From an uncultured bacterium (GTDB lineage Bacteria; CSSED10-310), in the NCBI GenBank assembly GCA_964404285.1, contig CAYOJK010000012.1, positions 11,494 to 75,493 of the forward strand: a DNA stretch of 64,000 bases, given 5' to 3'. The notes beneath the pieces are model-generated. The model worked only from the letters and a program-made list of their open reading frames with translations. It had not been told where the DNA came from and did not search any database. This document shows, piece by piece, positions 40,553-50,611 of this stretch (the first letter of the stretch is position 1; every line of letters begins with the position of its first letter). The position numbers were made by a program, and so were the translations under genes.

Positions 40553-41737
40553 TTATTCCGCGGATTCTATCAATGTTACAACGTGAAGTGAGCGTTTTGC
40601 CATTTCGTCCACAAACCAGTCCGGCACAATAGAACGCTCAAGATAATGAACACCTGCACCTAAAATACCCTGTGCTAACGCTTCAGCAACTATTGCAGCA
40701 GAAAAAGCCGTCGTTCGCGCCATCGCAGAAAAACCAGTTTTCGAATCCTGAATATCTACCAGATCCTGAACCATCGTTACCGGCCGACCATCGAGTTTGC
40801 CCTTGGCTACTACCCGCAAAACAAGTAAATCAGGCTCATTCGGGTAATCCCAGTAAGATGACGCTAAAACATGAAACAGGTCACGAGGCACAACATCTTG
40901 ACCGGCAACATGTACCGGATTCAACTGCAACATCCCCATATCGATCATCGTGCGAATCGTATCGTAATGGCCGGGATATCGGACGGTTTTATAGCCATAA
41001 GACGTCACCCTGCCTTGGAAACTAATCGGTCCGGTCGAGGTTCCTCCGCTGGTTAGAAAAGCCTCACACTGTCCCACCGGTTCCGGTAAAACCAGGTTTT
41101 CTTTTTCAGTAAAGGCCGGAACAGAAACAATTTGGCCATGCCGTATTTCTGAACAGTTCCCGGTGTACTCGTTCGTCAAACCAGCAATCGAAAAAACCAG
41201 TTTATACCCTAGAGGCAAATTCCGTGAGACCGGTAAACCACCACAATACATCTGTATCGAGTCACAATCGATGTGTTGGATGGCTCTTGCCGCCAAGATA
41301 TTTGCCGTTCCAGGCGCTATCCCACAATCGGGAACAATGCCTATGTTTCTCTGTTTCGCTTCATCATGCAGCATGTGCTGCTTCATGACCACATCCGTGT
41401 TGCCTCCCATGTCACAAAAATGTGCGCCGGCAGCCAAGGACGCCCTGGACAAATCATAATTCAACGCATAGTGCGCTGCGCCACAACAAACAGTGACATT
41501 GTGATCACTCAGCATCTGAATGACATCCTCTGTTCGGGATGCGTCAAGCGTGACAGGAACAGCTTTACTGCTCCCCGTCAGCGTGTTGACACCGGCAGCC
41601 GCCTGTTCAACTGTCTGCCGATGCAAATCCACCATCACAACTTTTTCTGCATGACCAAATCGTACAAGATCATAAGCTTCGGCAATACCTTGCATACCAC
41701 AACCAATCACCGCGTAAATAGGATCATTCTTTTTCAT
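40553..41737 (-). CDS. Saccharopine dehydrogenase family NAD(P)-dependent oxidoreductase (possibly carboxynorspermidine/lysine-pathway type)
   Basis: 'IYAVIGCGMQGIAEAYDLVRFGHAEKVVMVDL' Rossmann N-terminus typical of the Sacchrp_dh family. Confidence 0.65.
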   Translation of the reverse strand: MKKNDPIYAVIGCGMQGIAEAYDLVRFGHAEKVVMVDLHRQTVEQAAAGVNTLTGSSKAVPVTLDASRTEDVIQMLSDHNVTVCCGAAHYALNYDLSRASLAAGAHFCDMGGNTDVVMKQHMLHDEAKQRNIGIVPDCGIAPGTANILAARAIQHIDCDSIQMYCGGLPVSRNLPLGYKLVFSIAGLTNEYTGNCSEIRHGQIVSVPAFTEKENLVLPEPVGQCEAFLTSGGTSTGPISFQGRVTSYGYKTVRYPGHYDTIRTMIDMGMLQLNPVHVAGQDVVPRDLFHVLASSYWDYPNEPDLLVLRVVAKGKLDGRPVTMVQDLVDIQDSKTGFSAMARTTAFSAAIVAEALAQGILGAGVHYLERSIVPDWFVDEMAKRSLHVVTLIESAE

Positions 41738-41917
41738 AAAACCTTTTTTAACTCCATGTGTTTCCCCTGGTTTACTCAGTATCTGAAAAACCTTAACCCG
41801 TCAAGATAACCAACACAAAGTCTCCACCTACTACCAGATAGGCATCACGTCGGAAATTACTGAAACGCCTTATCGAGTAATTGAAAAACAGCCGTAAATC
41901 TCATACAGTAGTAAACG

Positions 41918-43111
41918 ATGATGCCGACTTATCAATCTTATATTTTTTACGGAATGATCGGCGCCTCGCGCGCCATGAAAGATATGTTCCGACGTATTGA
42001 ACGGTATGCTCCAACTGATGCCCCTGTCGTCATTACCGGCGAAACCGGATCGGGCAAAGAAATGGTTGCACGAGCTTTGCATACGTTCAGCAATAGGCGA
42101 AACAACGCTTTTGTCGCTATCAATTGCACCGCGCTACATGAAGAACTGCTTGAATCAGAATTGTTCGGACATGAAAGGGGAGCGTTTACCGGAGCTATCA
42201 AAACGCATCGTGGCCGTTTTGAACGCGCTCATCACGGAACTCTTTTTCTGGATGAAATCGGAGATATGCCGCTCAGTATCCAGGTCAAAATACTTCGGGT
42301 TCTTGAAGAGCGAAAATTTGAGCGTATCGGTGGAGAAACCTTGATCCCGGTCGATGTGCGTGTTGTTGCTGCCACCAATGTTCACCTAGAAAAACTTGTA
42401 GCTGCCGGCCGATTCAGAAGTGATCTATACCATCGACTGGCCGTGTTACGAATTCATGTCCCAGCTCTGCGTGACCGAAAAAACGATATCCCGTTATTGA
42501 TCGATTTTTTCTTGGATATGCTGAACCAGAGATATAAAAAGAATATTCAACAGCTTTCGTCTGAATCGCTACAGTTGTTGTTGGATTACTATTGGCCGGG
42601 CAATGTTCGGGAATTGCGTAATGTTCTGGAACGGGTATATGTTGAAACAGAGGGTAACCGTATCGAGAAAGACGCGTTTAACGAGTGGGTGACCGAACGG
42701 GATTATTTATCCGCCGGTGCGTGGAGTTTACAGAATGTCGAGTATGGTCGCTTATCGGAGGATGCTCTATCGCCTTATAAAGGCTTTACAGCGAGTTTGC
42801 CTGGAACTCTGCGTGATTGGCCACAACCTTTACCGAAAGCCCTGATTCCTCACCAGGCAGGGTCGGCCTCTGAGAAAATCCCCTACCATGAACCCATCCA
42901 TCCCGGCGCAATTATTGATGGCGAATACCAGGTAATATCGGAGTCATCCCGTCAGAAACCAGCGCCTCCAAAACTGACACCTGAACTTCTGCAAAGAGCT
43001 TACGCTGCACACCAGGGGAATATCACCGCAGCTTCGGAAGCTCTTGGCATCCATAAAGCGACATTTTATCGATACATGAAAAAATTTGGTTTGGATCGCG
43101 ACTCAATGTGA
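41918..43111 (+). CDS. Sigma-54-dependent transcriptional activator, PspF-like (AAA+ core + HTH only, no N-terminal sensor)
   Basis: '[12 protein letters not shown]' Walker A; '[13 protein letters not shown]' GAFTGA loop; 'LFLDEIGDM' Walker B. C-terminal Fis-type HTH '[18 protein letters not shown]'. Confidence 0.8.
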   Translation: MMPTYQSYIFYGMIGASRAMKDMFRRIERYAPTDAPVVITGETGSGKEMVARALHTFSNRRNNAFVAINCTALHEELLESELFGHERGAFTGAIKTHRGRFERAHHGTLFLDEIGDMPLSIQVKILRVLEERKFERIGGETLIPVDVRVVAATNVHLEKLVAAGRFRSDLYHRLAVLRIHVPALRDRKNDIPLLIDFFLDMLNQRYKKNIQQLSSESLQLLLDYYWPGNVRELRNVLERVYVETEGNRIEKDAFNEWVTERDYLSAGAWSLQNVEYGRLSEDALSPYKGFTASLPGTLRDWPQPLPKALIPHQAGSASEKIPYHEPIHPGAIIDGEYQVISESSRQKPAPPKLTPELLQRAYAAHQGNITAASEALGIHKATFYRYMKKFGLDRDSM

Positions 43112-43846
43112 CGTTTCGATGCGCTGAACCATAGTGTCCCGAATAATTGAAAGATCTTTTTCGATCTCTTCCCGTTCTTTACCGGCGGTTGAAACAGGAG
43201 GATCGATGTGCAGCGTCAACACTCCTGGAGTAATAATCCAATGCTCAGGCCGTAAACGCTCCCAGGAACCGGTTATGGTGACCGGTAAAATTGGAACCTG
43301 TGACGCTTCCGCTAAATGTAAAGCGCCTTTTTTGAATTTACCGACACTGCCGGTACGCGATCGGGTGCCTTCCGGGAAAATCACGATTGAATTCTCCCGA
43401 AGATGTTCGGCTGCTTTCTGAAGAGACAATCTGGCGCTTTCAGAATTTGCTCTATCGATAGAAATATATCCTCCCCGCTTCATCGCCGCGCCTACTAACG
43501 GAATCTGAAATATTGACTTTTTTGCAATCCAAGCAAATTTGACTGGAAAATACCCTTCGAAAGCAAAAATATCGAACATGCTTTGATGATTGGCGACAAT
43601 CATCATCGATGACGGGGATTCGGGTAGATTTTCCAAGCCGTTGATGACGACTTTGATATCACATAACCATAAGATTGCCCTACCCCAAAAACGGGCGCCT
43701 TTATGAACGATATCACCGCTCCGGGTAAGCGCTGACCCTACCAAAACAACCAGCGCCGTCAAAAAGGTGATTGGCAGCCCAAGACCCCAACCGGCAAGCG
43801 TTCTAATCAGACATGGTTTGGTTTTCTTTTCAGTTTGTTGCGTCAT
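43103..43846 (-). CDS. plsC: 1-acyl-sn-glycerol-3-phosphate acyltransferase
   Basis: 'NHQSMFD' HX4D acyltransferase motif; 'FPEGTRS' motif III. Confidence 0.75.
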   Translation of the reverse strand: MTQQTEKKTKPCLIRTLAGWGLGLPITFLTALVVLVGSALTRSGDIVHKGARFWGRAILWLCDIKVVINGLENLPESPSSMMIVANHQSMFDIFAFEGYFPVKFAWIAKKSIFQIPLVGAAMKRGGYISIDRANSESARLSLQKAAEHLRENSIVIFPEGTRSRTGSVGKFKKGALHLAEASQVPILPVTITGSWERLRPEHWIITPGVLTLHIDPPVSTAGKEREEIEKDLSIIRDTMVQRIETSH

Positions 43847-43847
43847 A

Positions 43848-44876
43848 TCATCGGCTTTCTTTTTGTTGACGATGCAGATTGGGCGCTCTTTTTGAAAATA
43901 AACGAGTGATATCAGCGGCTGGAACCGTGGCCCGCGCCATGATTTGTCGCCTTTTTTTCAGCGCTTGAGGAAACAGTTTGAACAAATCCCACCAAGCACA
44001 GACAAGGGAAGGTTCCCGGAACAAAACATGCCCCAACATCATGATTTCAAAACCTAGAAACTCTAGCAAATGAGGAATGAGCGATCGTAATTGCTCATTT
44101 TTCAACAGGGTCAGGTAGCGATTACGATAAGATAACCGACGGAAAAACAAGGGTTGTTTTTTTCGTTTTCGAGGTGAAAACCCGCGAACGTGGTATCCTG
44201 TCGCATCAGGAATATAGGCAAACGTCCATCCTCTTGACCAAGCTCTCCAGCTTAAATCCACAACATCACGATAAATTTTGAAGGTTTTGTCGAAGTATTC
44301 ACCGTCGATAGCGATATCTTCAAGCATTGTTCGGCGATACAAGGGCGCTGACCCGTCCGGGCCGAATACCGGTCCCGGCTTATCAAACGAGCCATCGTCA
44401 AAAGACTCTTGATAACGATCGAAGTTGCGTCGGCTTCGAGTCATCAGAATGCCCGTCGTATCGATATAGCGGTTGTCCGGCGCAGGGACATCGCCGGCAG
44501 GATCCAGGATTTTCCACAACTTACCCTGGACACCACCCAGCTTTTCATCTGCATCGATACCATCGACCATCCTTTGCAAAAAATCAGGATCGATAAACAC
44601 GTCGGAATTCAGCAACAACACAAGCTCACTAGTGGTTTCACGAATACCTATATTGTGGCCGCCACAATACCACTCATTTGATGCATTACGAATAATTCTG
44701 ACTTGCGGACGATTGGCTTCCACCCATTCAGGGGAACCATCACCCGATGCGTTATCGATGACGACGCATTCAAAATCCGTATATGTCTGATTTAACACTG
44801 CGTCCACGCACCGCGGCAGAAAACGCATTTCATTTGTGTTCAATATGTTTACCGTTACACGCGCCACGCTGAACAT
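43848..44876 (-). CDS. Glycosyltransferase family 2
   Basis: GT-A fold: 'FECVVIDNASGDGS', 'LLLNSDV' DxD-type motif. Ends 2 nt upstream of the plsC start (operon). Confidence 0.7.
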   Translation of the reverse strand: MFSVARVTVNILNTNEMRFLPRCVDAVLNQTYTDFECVVIDNASGDGSPEWVEANRPQVRIIRNASNEWYCGGHNIGIRETTSELVLLLNSDVFIDPDFLQRMVDGIDADEKLGGVQGKLWKILDPAGDVPAPDNRYIDTTGILMTRSRRNFDRYQESFDDGSFDKPGPVFGPDGSAPLYRRTMLEDIAIDGEYFDKTFKIYRDVVDLSWRAWSRGWTFAYIPDATGYHVRGFSPRKRKKQPLFFRRLSYRNRYLTLLKNEQLRSLIPHLLEFLGFEIMMLGHVLFREPSLVCAWWDLFKLFPQALKKRRQIMARATVPAADITRLFSKRAPNLHRQQKESR

Positions 44877-44943
44877 TATGCCTGAACAGCAAAGAAGATC
44901 AAAACATTTTTATATCGAAAGATCACCATAAAGCGAAAAACAC

Positions 44944-46683
44944 ATGCATCCAAAGACAGGAATATGTATGATCGACTTTATGAAAAGGCTGGTTGCATTG
45001 CTGACATTTAGTATGGTTTTTACAGGGTCGATGATCTTCCACAACATATCGACGCTTCCGGGCAACCTTCACGGTGATGAAATTCACTACCTTGTCATTA
45101 CTTCCAGCCTGTTAAACGATGGTGATCTAGATGTTCAAAACAATTATTCATCCCAAGAACTAAGACCACTAGGTGTAACCCATGTAACGCCTCATCTGAT
45201 TTATAGCGCTTCCGGACGAGCTATCAGTTCACATGAACCCGGTTTACCCGCATTGCTCACGTTGCCATTTTTCCTTGGCGGACGCCACGGTGTCATCCTA
45301 TTTTTGACTCTGCTCTCAAGTTTTGCCGCGATGCAAGTCTATTTCCTTGCTTTGCACTTTGGTGTTACACGCTGGAAAGCCGCTCTGGCAACCTTGATAA
45401 CCGCCTTTAATCTTCCATTTATCATGATCAGCGGCAAAGTGTTTCCCGATAGCATCGCCGCGCTTTTTTTACCGTTAGCTTTTCGATGGATGCTGCTAGA
45501 CCGGCGCTTCTCCCGCTTTGTCGCCGGCAGCATCTTACTGGCGCTTCTTCCCTGGATGCATATCAAATTCACTTTTTTCACCGTGATTATTTTACTGATA
45601 TTTCTTTTTAAACGGTGTTACACGTTTAAACAGCTTCTGTTTGTCTTGTCACCACTTCTGATCAGCGGCATCGGTTTTATCCGGCTGCAATATTCGTTAT
45701 TCGGCGAGCTGTTTTACGTTTTACGGGTCAAGGCCGGCGGATTTGGCAACCCGTTGACGGGGATGTTGGGGCTTCTGTTCGATCGCGAAGCTGGCTTGAT
45801 GGTGTTTGCGCCGGTTTTGATGCTGGCTTTTTGTGGCTTATTATTCCGTTGGAAACGATCGTGCTATCTGAATATCGCGGCTGTAATCGTCATTTTATTT
45901 TGGATCATTTCAGGATCATGGATCGATTGGCATAGCGGGCATTGTCCGCCGGCTAGATATCTTATCCCGTTACTGCCTTTTCTAGGTCTTTTTCTTGCTT
46001 TGGAGTTAAGCGCTCCTCAATCAGCGCGAACCCTGCTTCTGTCTTTATTTTTGTGGAGCGTAACGGTGTTGCAAATAGCCGGTGTTCTGTTGACTGTTCC
46101 CGAAATGGCAATTGTTCACACAGATGGCATCAATCGATTGTGGCATCATTTTCTACCGGCTTCATTGGAGCATGCTGCGCCGTCGCTATTGAATCCGACG
46201 CCTGGGACGACTTGGAGCATGATTGGGGCGCTGTTATTGTTTTCAAGCTGTTGTGCAGCGATGTTTTTTCTTGGAGAAAGTCGGCGATTGCGGTCGATCC
46301 TTGTAGCCGTTTTTGTCGTTGTTTCTGCTGGAGTTATCGGGATTGGGATAAACCTTGAACGTAGCTATCACCGAAGTCTTTCTGAGATGCCTTTACCGGA
46401 TTATGGTCCTCATCTGATATCTCCAGCCGATGGCACTGCTTGGTGGGGCAGATTTCCCGATCTTGAATGGGGGACAGTTCCTGGAGCTGACGGTTATCTT
46501 TATGTTATCGAGTTTCCGGATGGCCAAACACTGTCGGTTCCCAAATACGGTTCCACTCAGGTTCTTATTACAGAGGGAATCGCAGAAACATTATCAGTAG
46601 GGAAATATTGCTGGTATGTCGTTCCATTAAAACAGGGAACTCGAGGTGTGGCTTCTGAAAAAGCCTGTTTTGAGTTATTTTAG
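44944..46683 (+). CDS. Polytopic membrane GT-C-fold-like glycosyltransferase with C-terminal extracytoplasmic domain (paralog-type of 17324-18658)
   Basis: Many TM segments. 'LHGDEIHY' DE-type motif in the first loop; soluble C-terminal ~110 aa. Confidence 0.5.
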   Translation: MHPKTGICMIDFMKRLVALLTFSMVFTGSMIFHNISTLPGNLHGDEIHYLVITSSLLNDGDLDVQNNYSSQELRPLGVTHVTPHLIYSASGRAISSHEPGLPALLTLPFFLGGRHGVILFLTLLSSFAAMQVYFLALHFGVTRWKAALATLITAFNLPFIMISGKVFPDSIAALFLPLAFRWMLLDRRFSRFVAGSILLALLPWMHIKFTFFTVIILLIFLFKRCYTFKQLLFVLSPLLISGIGFIRLQYSLFGELFYVLRVKAGGFGNPLTGMLGLLFDREAGLMVFAPVLMLAFCGLLFRWKRSCYLNIAAVIVILFWIISGSWIDWHSGHCPPARYLIPLLPFLGLFLALELSAPQSARTLLLSLFLWSVTVLQIAGVLLTVPEMAIVHTDGINRLWHHFLPASLEHAAPSLLNPTPGTTWSMIGALLLFSSCCAAMFFLGESRRLRSILVAVFVVVSAGVIGIGINLERSYHRSLSEMPLPDYGPHLISPADGTAWWGRFPDLEWGTVPGADGYLYVIEFPDGQTLSVPKYGSTQVLITEGIAETLSVGKYCWYVVPLKQGTRGVASEKACFELF

Positions 46684-47705
46684 TCTCGATTATTTTGTCT
46701 GATCACGTGATCGGCATCAAAAATCAGCGCCAACACCAGTTCTGCCGATAATTCTTGTTTCCATTCATCATCGAGCCGGCGCATTCGCATTTTGGGTGTC
46801 AGTTCCATCTCAAACCATTCCCTGCCTATTGTTCGCCGAATACGCAGAAGCAAATCCGAATATCGATATTCCAAGGGGTCAGATGTCAGAAAATTGATCA
46901 ATTCTATTCCGACACCCATTTTTCTTCCTGCCCAGGTGCGAAGCTTAAGCCCTGTAAAGATATCTACTCCTTTGCTTTTGTAGTGGTGGTGAAAATCAAT
47001 GAATTCACGTAAAACCGTATTGGGCCCTATTGGCTGGTCCAACTCAAAAACCGTTTTAAGACCAAATTTTTCACCGGTATTCCTCCAATAGAATTCCTGT
47101 GCGACATAATAATTATTAGAGCCAATCGATCCCATACGTTTCACACGAAGTCGGACAAACATTTGCCAATCTCGGTTATACTTTGTGCCCACATCGAAAT
47201 CCCAGTTAAAAAACGGTCTTTCCCTGACATAAAGCCGCAAAAAAGATTCTGTTTCTGTTGAAGATTTATCAGACTGTAAGGAAGTTGGTGAGTTGGATAA
47301 AATATAATCTGGTTGGCCTGTTTCACTGTAGGTATCAACAAGCGATGGTTCTCTTTCCGTAGATCCACCAATCAGAATTCCCCAGGATTCTTTGGTGCTG
47401 GGAAGCGCTATTTTCAGGCTGTTTCTACCGACGAATTCATACTCGTTGTCTTTATTTACGCGAGCGCCACCGCCTATTTTCCATCGTGTTTCGTGATATG
47501 CATCATCTTCTTTCGGATCACTGAAAAATCCGTCCAGACCTTGAGACAATTCTATTAAACCCACACAGGTAGCGTTATAACCGTTTTCTAAGTGAGTACA
47601 GCCACTGAACAGATTTATAAATAGCGCTGACAGGAGAAATTTGATCACAAAATCAAACAGTGATGTGGTGTTTAAAATTGAGGATGCCTTTTTTTTAAAG
47701 CACAT
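46680..47705 (-). CDS. Hypothetical lipoprotein
   Basis: 'LFSGC' lipobox; no recognisable motif. Last gene of the ABC-2 operon. Confidence 0.4.
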   Translation of the reverse strand: MCFKKKASSILNTTSLFDFVIKFLLSALFINLFSGCTHLENGYNATCVGLIELSQGLDGFFSDPKEDDAYHETRWKIGGGARVNKDNEYEFVGRNSLKIALPSTKESWGILIGGSTEREPSLVDTYSETGQPDYILSNSPTSLQSDKSSTETESFLRLYVRERPFFNWDFDVGTKYNRDWQMFVRLRVKRMGSIGSNNYYVAQEFYWRNTGEKFGLKTVFELDQPIGPNTVLREFIDFHHHYKSKGVDIFTGLKLRTWAGRKMGVGIELINFLTSDPLEYRYSDLLLRIRRTIGREWFEMELTPKMRMRRLDDEWKQELSAELVLALIFDADHVIRQNNRD

Positions 47706-47731
47706 GGTATTTGCTCACGCCTGATCAGGGC

Positions 47732-48661
47732 TTACCGATGATTTTCAAGATAAATCGTTTCAAGATTACTCCCACGTCTCACTTCATCGATGTCGATACC
47801 AGCCTGCAACAGGGCTGGGAGTAATTTCCTGTTTATCATAGCAGGTGAAACGGTATCTGTGAAGCTGACGATCAGGCGGCTGCCATCTGAATCCAGCGTA
47901 AGCGTGGAGTCAGGAAGGGCGCGAATGATATCGATAGGTATCTGATCGATATTTGCTGCCAACACAACGGTCAGTTGCCGTTGTTTTCCAACAATTTCAT
48001 CCAGTTTATCCTGACGTGTTGTGCGGCCATTATCGATAAAGGCAATATGATCACAAGCAGCTTCGATTTCCGACAGAACATGAGAACTGATCACGATTGT
48101 TCGGTGCCCTCGAAAAGAGGTGATCAATTCTCTGATACGTACAATTTGTTGAGGATCCAAACCACTGGTCGGCTCATCTAAAAGAACCAACTCTGGGTTG
48201 CCAATAAACGCTTGAGCTGCAGTCAGCCGGCGTATCATTCCGTGAGACAGCGTTGAAATCGGCGCTGTCGCCCGATCAGCCAGGTCAACCCATTCCAAGG
48301 CTTTATCAACAGAAAAAGCAGCCTCTTTTTTCGTCAACCCCTGAAGCATTCCAAAAATCATCAGGATTTCTCTAACACGACTGTGACCAGGCAGTTGGGC
48401 ATCCTGAGGTAACAAGGTCAAGATACCTTTATGTAATACAGGATTGAAGGCGCCTTTTCCCAACACATTTATCGACCCGCCATCTGCTTTAAGAAGGCCG
48501 GCAACAATAGCAAAAGCGGTTGTTTTCCCAGCTCCATTCGGCCCGACCAATCCCATGACAGATCCTTTTGGAACAAAAAGATTCAAATCCTGCAGGGCTG
48601 CATGTTTTCCATAATATTTTTTTAGATTTTTAATCTCGAGAGCTGCTCTGATCGATGCCAT
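47732..48661 (-). CDS. ABC transporter ATP-binding protein
   Basis: 'GPNGAGKTT' Walker A, 'LSHGMIRRL' signature, 'LVLLDEPTSGLD' Walker B. Confidence 0.85.
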   Translation of the reverse strand: MASIRAALEIKNLKKYYGKHAALQDLNLFVPKGSVMGLVGPNGAGKTTAFAIVAGLLKADGGSINVLGKGAFNPVLHKGILTLLPQDAQLPGHSRVREILMIFGMLQGLTKKEAAFSVDKALEWVDLADRATAPISTLSHGMIRRLTAAQAFIGNPELVLLDEPTSGLDPQQIVRIRELITSFRGHRTIVISSHVLSEIEAACDHIAFIDNGRTTRQDKLDEIVGKQRQLTVVLAANIDQIPIDIIRALPDSTLTLDSDGSRLIVSFTDTVSPAMINRKLLPALLQAGIDIDEVRRGSNLETIYLENHR

Positions 48662-48662
48662 T

Positions 48663-49568
48663 TTACATATCTCTCCTTGAAAAATAAGTAAATCCAAGGA
48701 AAAAATACAAAAACCCCAGACCTAAGCATTTGGTGATAGATTTCAAATTATTCGCTAATGCAGGATGCCAAAGATCGTAAGTATTCGATGAAGGGGACAG
48801 GGTAGTGGCAATACTCCACAAGCGCATTAGGCCTGGACCCGTTTTACTGGCGGCAATAGGGTGTAAAATCGCAAGAATGAAAAACAACACTAATGCCAAG
48901 GATTGTGCCTGAAGCGGAGAACGGCGCAGTTGAGACGCCATCAAAGCGATACCCAAATACGACAACATCAAAAACCAAGACTTGATAAAAAACCAAAACA
49001 TGTGCATAACCGACGTCATATCCAGAATAGCCTGGCCATCAAGAGCGCCGGTTACATAAGTCGCTATCATTGCACAACTCAAAGCGATCAGTAAAAGAAG
49101 CGCTGAACTCAGGCTTTTACCGACAGCATAAGCTGATCGTGATGTGCGAAAAAGAAAAAAGCGCACATGGCGAGTATTGATATCCCGCGCTATGGTATCG
49201 GAACAAATAATGATGACCAGCAAAGGCATAAACGCAAACGTGAACCAGGCAAAGAAAATCACCAACGGATGAAGGGTTAGAATTTGATTCACCAACTTTT
49301 CGTCACTGATCAGCTCCCGAACCGCCTTTTGCAGAGCTTCACTTTTTTGTAGTGTCACGGTAACCTGGCCGGTTGTTTTTGACGAATCCAGCGCCATCGC
49401 TTTTGATATCTGTGTTTCGATACCTCGAAGAACACGGGAAAAAATGAATGTGCCGGCGCACGCAACACAAAGATAAAGCAATATCCAAACTACAAGACGC
49501 CGACTTCGGAACGAATCGCGCAAATCATGTCGAACAACCAGAAAAATGTCAGCTAACTCCTGGTTCAT
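48663..49568 (-). CDS. ABC-2 family transporter permease
   Basis: 6 predicted TM segments; sits directly upstream of the ATPase gene with abutting stop/start. Confidence 0.6.
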   Translation of the reverse strand: MNQELADIFLVVRHDLRDSFRSRRLVVWILLYLCVACAGTFIFSRVLRGIETQISKAMALDSSKTTGQVTVTLQKSEALQKAVRELISDEKLVNQILTLHPLVIFFAWFTFAFMPLLVIIICSDTIARDINTRHVRFFLFRTSRSAYAVGKSLSSALLLLIALSCAMIATYVTGALDGQAILDMTSVMHMFWFFIKSWFLMLSYLGIALMASQLRRSPLQAQSLALVLFFILAILHPIAASKTGPGLMRLWSIATTLSPSSNTYDLWHPALANNLKSITKCLGLGFLYFFLGFTYFSRRDM

Positions 49569-49573
49569 TGGGA

Positions 49574-50296
49574 TTACAGCGCACTTTCAATGTCTAAAAA
49601 GGGTTTGAAAACTGCCGGATCAATAAACGCAGTCAAATCAAGAGAACTCCCTAATTGGTCTCGCCATCTACCCGGTAAAACGGTGTCCATGGAATCATAC
49701 GTATCGACAAAAACACCTGTTAAATCGTTTGCCATACGGAACGCCTCTTCCACAGAGGGTTCTTCATCAGTCTGCTCATATCGATCAAACAAATCGCTCA
49801 TAGCATCAGCAAGTGAATCATTCATATCAACAATCACCGACTCGAAATTGACTACCTCACCCGATGTCAAACTCAAGTTGTCAACCATCGATGCCAGCGC
49901 CAACTCACGCCGGGTATTCCATAAATCCGACAACGCTGAAAAAGCATCATCCAAAGATTTTGCATCTTCGAACATCTCAGCGACTTTTTCCGCGAATTCT
50001 TCCTGATCCAGATTAGCAGACGACGTCGATCCAGGTGACCTGGCCGGCGCTTTAATTTCAATCGACGACTTCTCTTTTGACATGCCGGAAGATGATGGTG
50101 GTTTACGAGATCGCGTTTCCGGCATAACCATCATACGTGTCATGTCTGGAATCAAATTGCGTTTTGATTTAGAAGCCAGTTCACGATTCAGTCGCGCAAT
50201 TTCCGCGTTAGCCATAGACAATTCCGATTGGTGCCAAACTGTTCCCAAAAGAAGCCCAAATACCCAAAAAGCGCCTATTAACAAATAATTTTTCAT
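49574..50296 (-). CDS. Hypothetical secreted/anchored protein (first gene of the ABC-2 operon)
   Basis: N-terminal TM/signal segment, coiled-coil 'AEIARLNRELASK', acidic C-terminal half. No known motif. Confidence 0.45.
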   Translation of the reverse strand: MKNYLLIGAFWVFGLLLGTVWHQSELSMANAEIARLNRELASKSKRNLIPDMTRMMVMPETRSRKPPSSSGMSKEKSSIEIKAPARSPGSTSSANLDQEEFAEKVAEMFEDAKSLDDAFSALSDLWNTRRELALASMVDNLSLTSGEVVNFESVIVDMNDSLADAMSDLFDRYEQTDEEPSVEEAFRMANDLTGVFVDTYDSMDTVLPGRWRDQLGSSLDLTAFIDPAVFKPFLDIESAL

Positions 50297-50611
50297 GACA
50301 AATCCTTTGATGCAAAAAGCTCTTGATCAAGCGCTATATTAGCGAATCAATGACAGAAGTGAAAGTGGTAAAAAAAATTCACTCCAAAAGAGTGATGCCG
50401 CCTTACTGATAAAGGCTAGATGATAATCGAATCAGATTTTTTCGCACTTATCTTTTTGATTCAAGCCTCTAAAATTCACGATAACAATAGAAAACAGTGA
50501 TTGCGTAAGAGAAACAAGCGAAGCGTCAAAAAAACTTTTTTTGGTAAAAATATGGCATCAGTGAAAAATGTCTGATATAGGCAGAATCGGAATGATTGGA
50601 GGATTTTAAGG

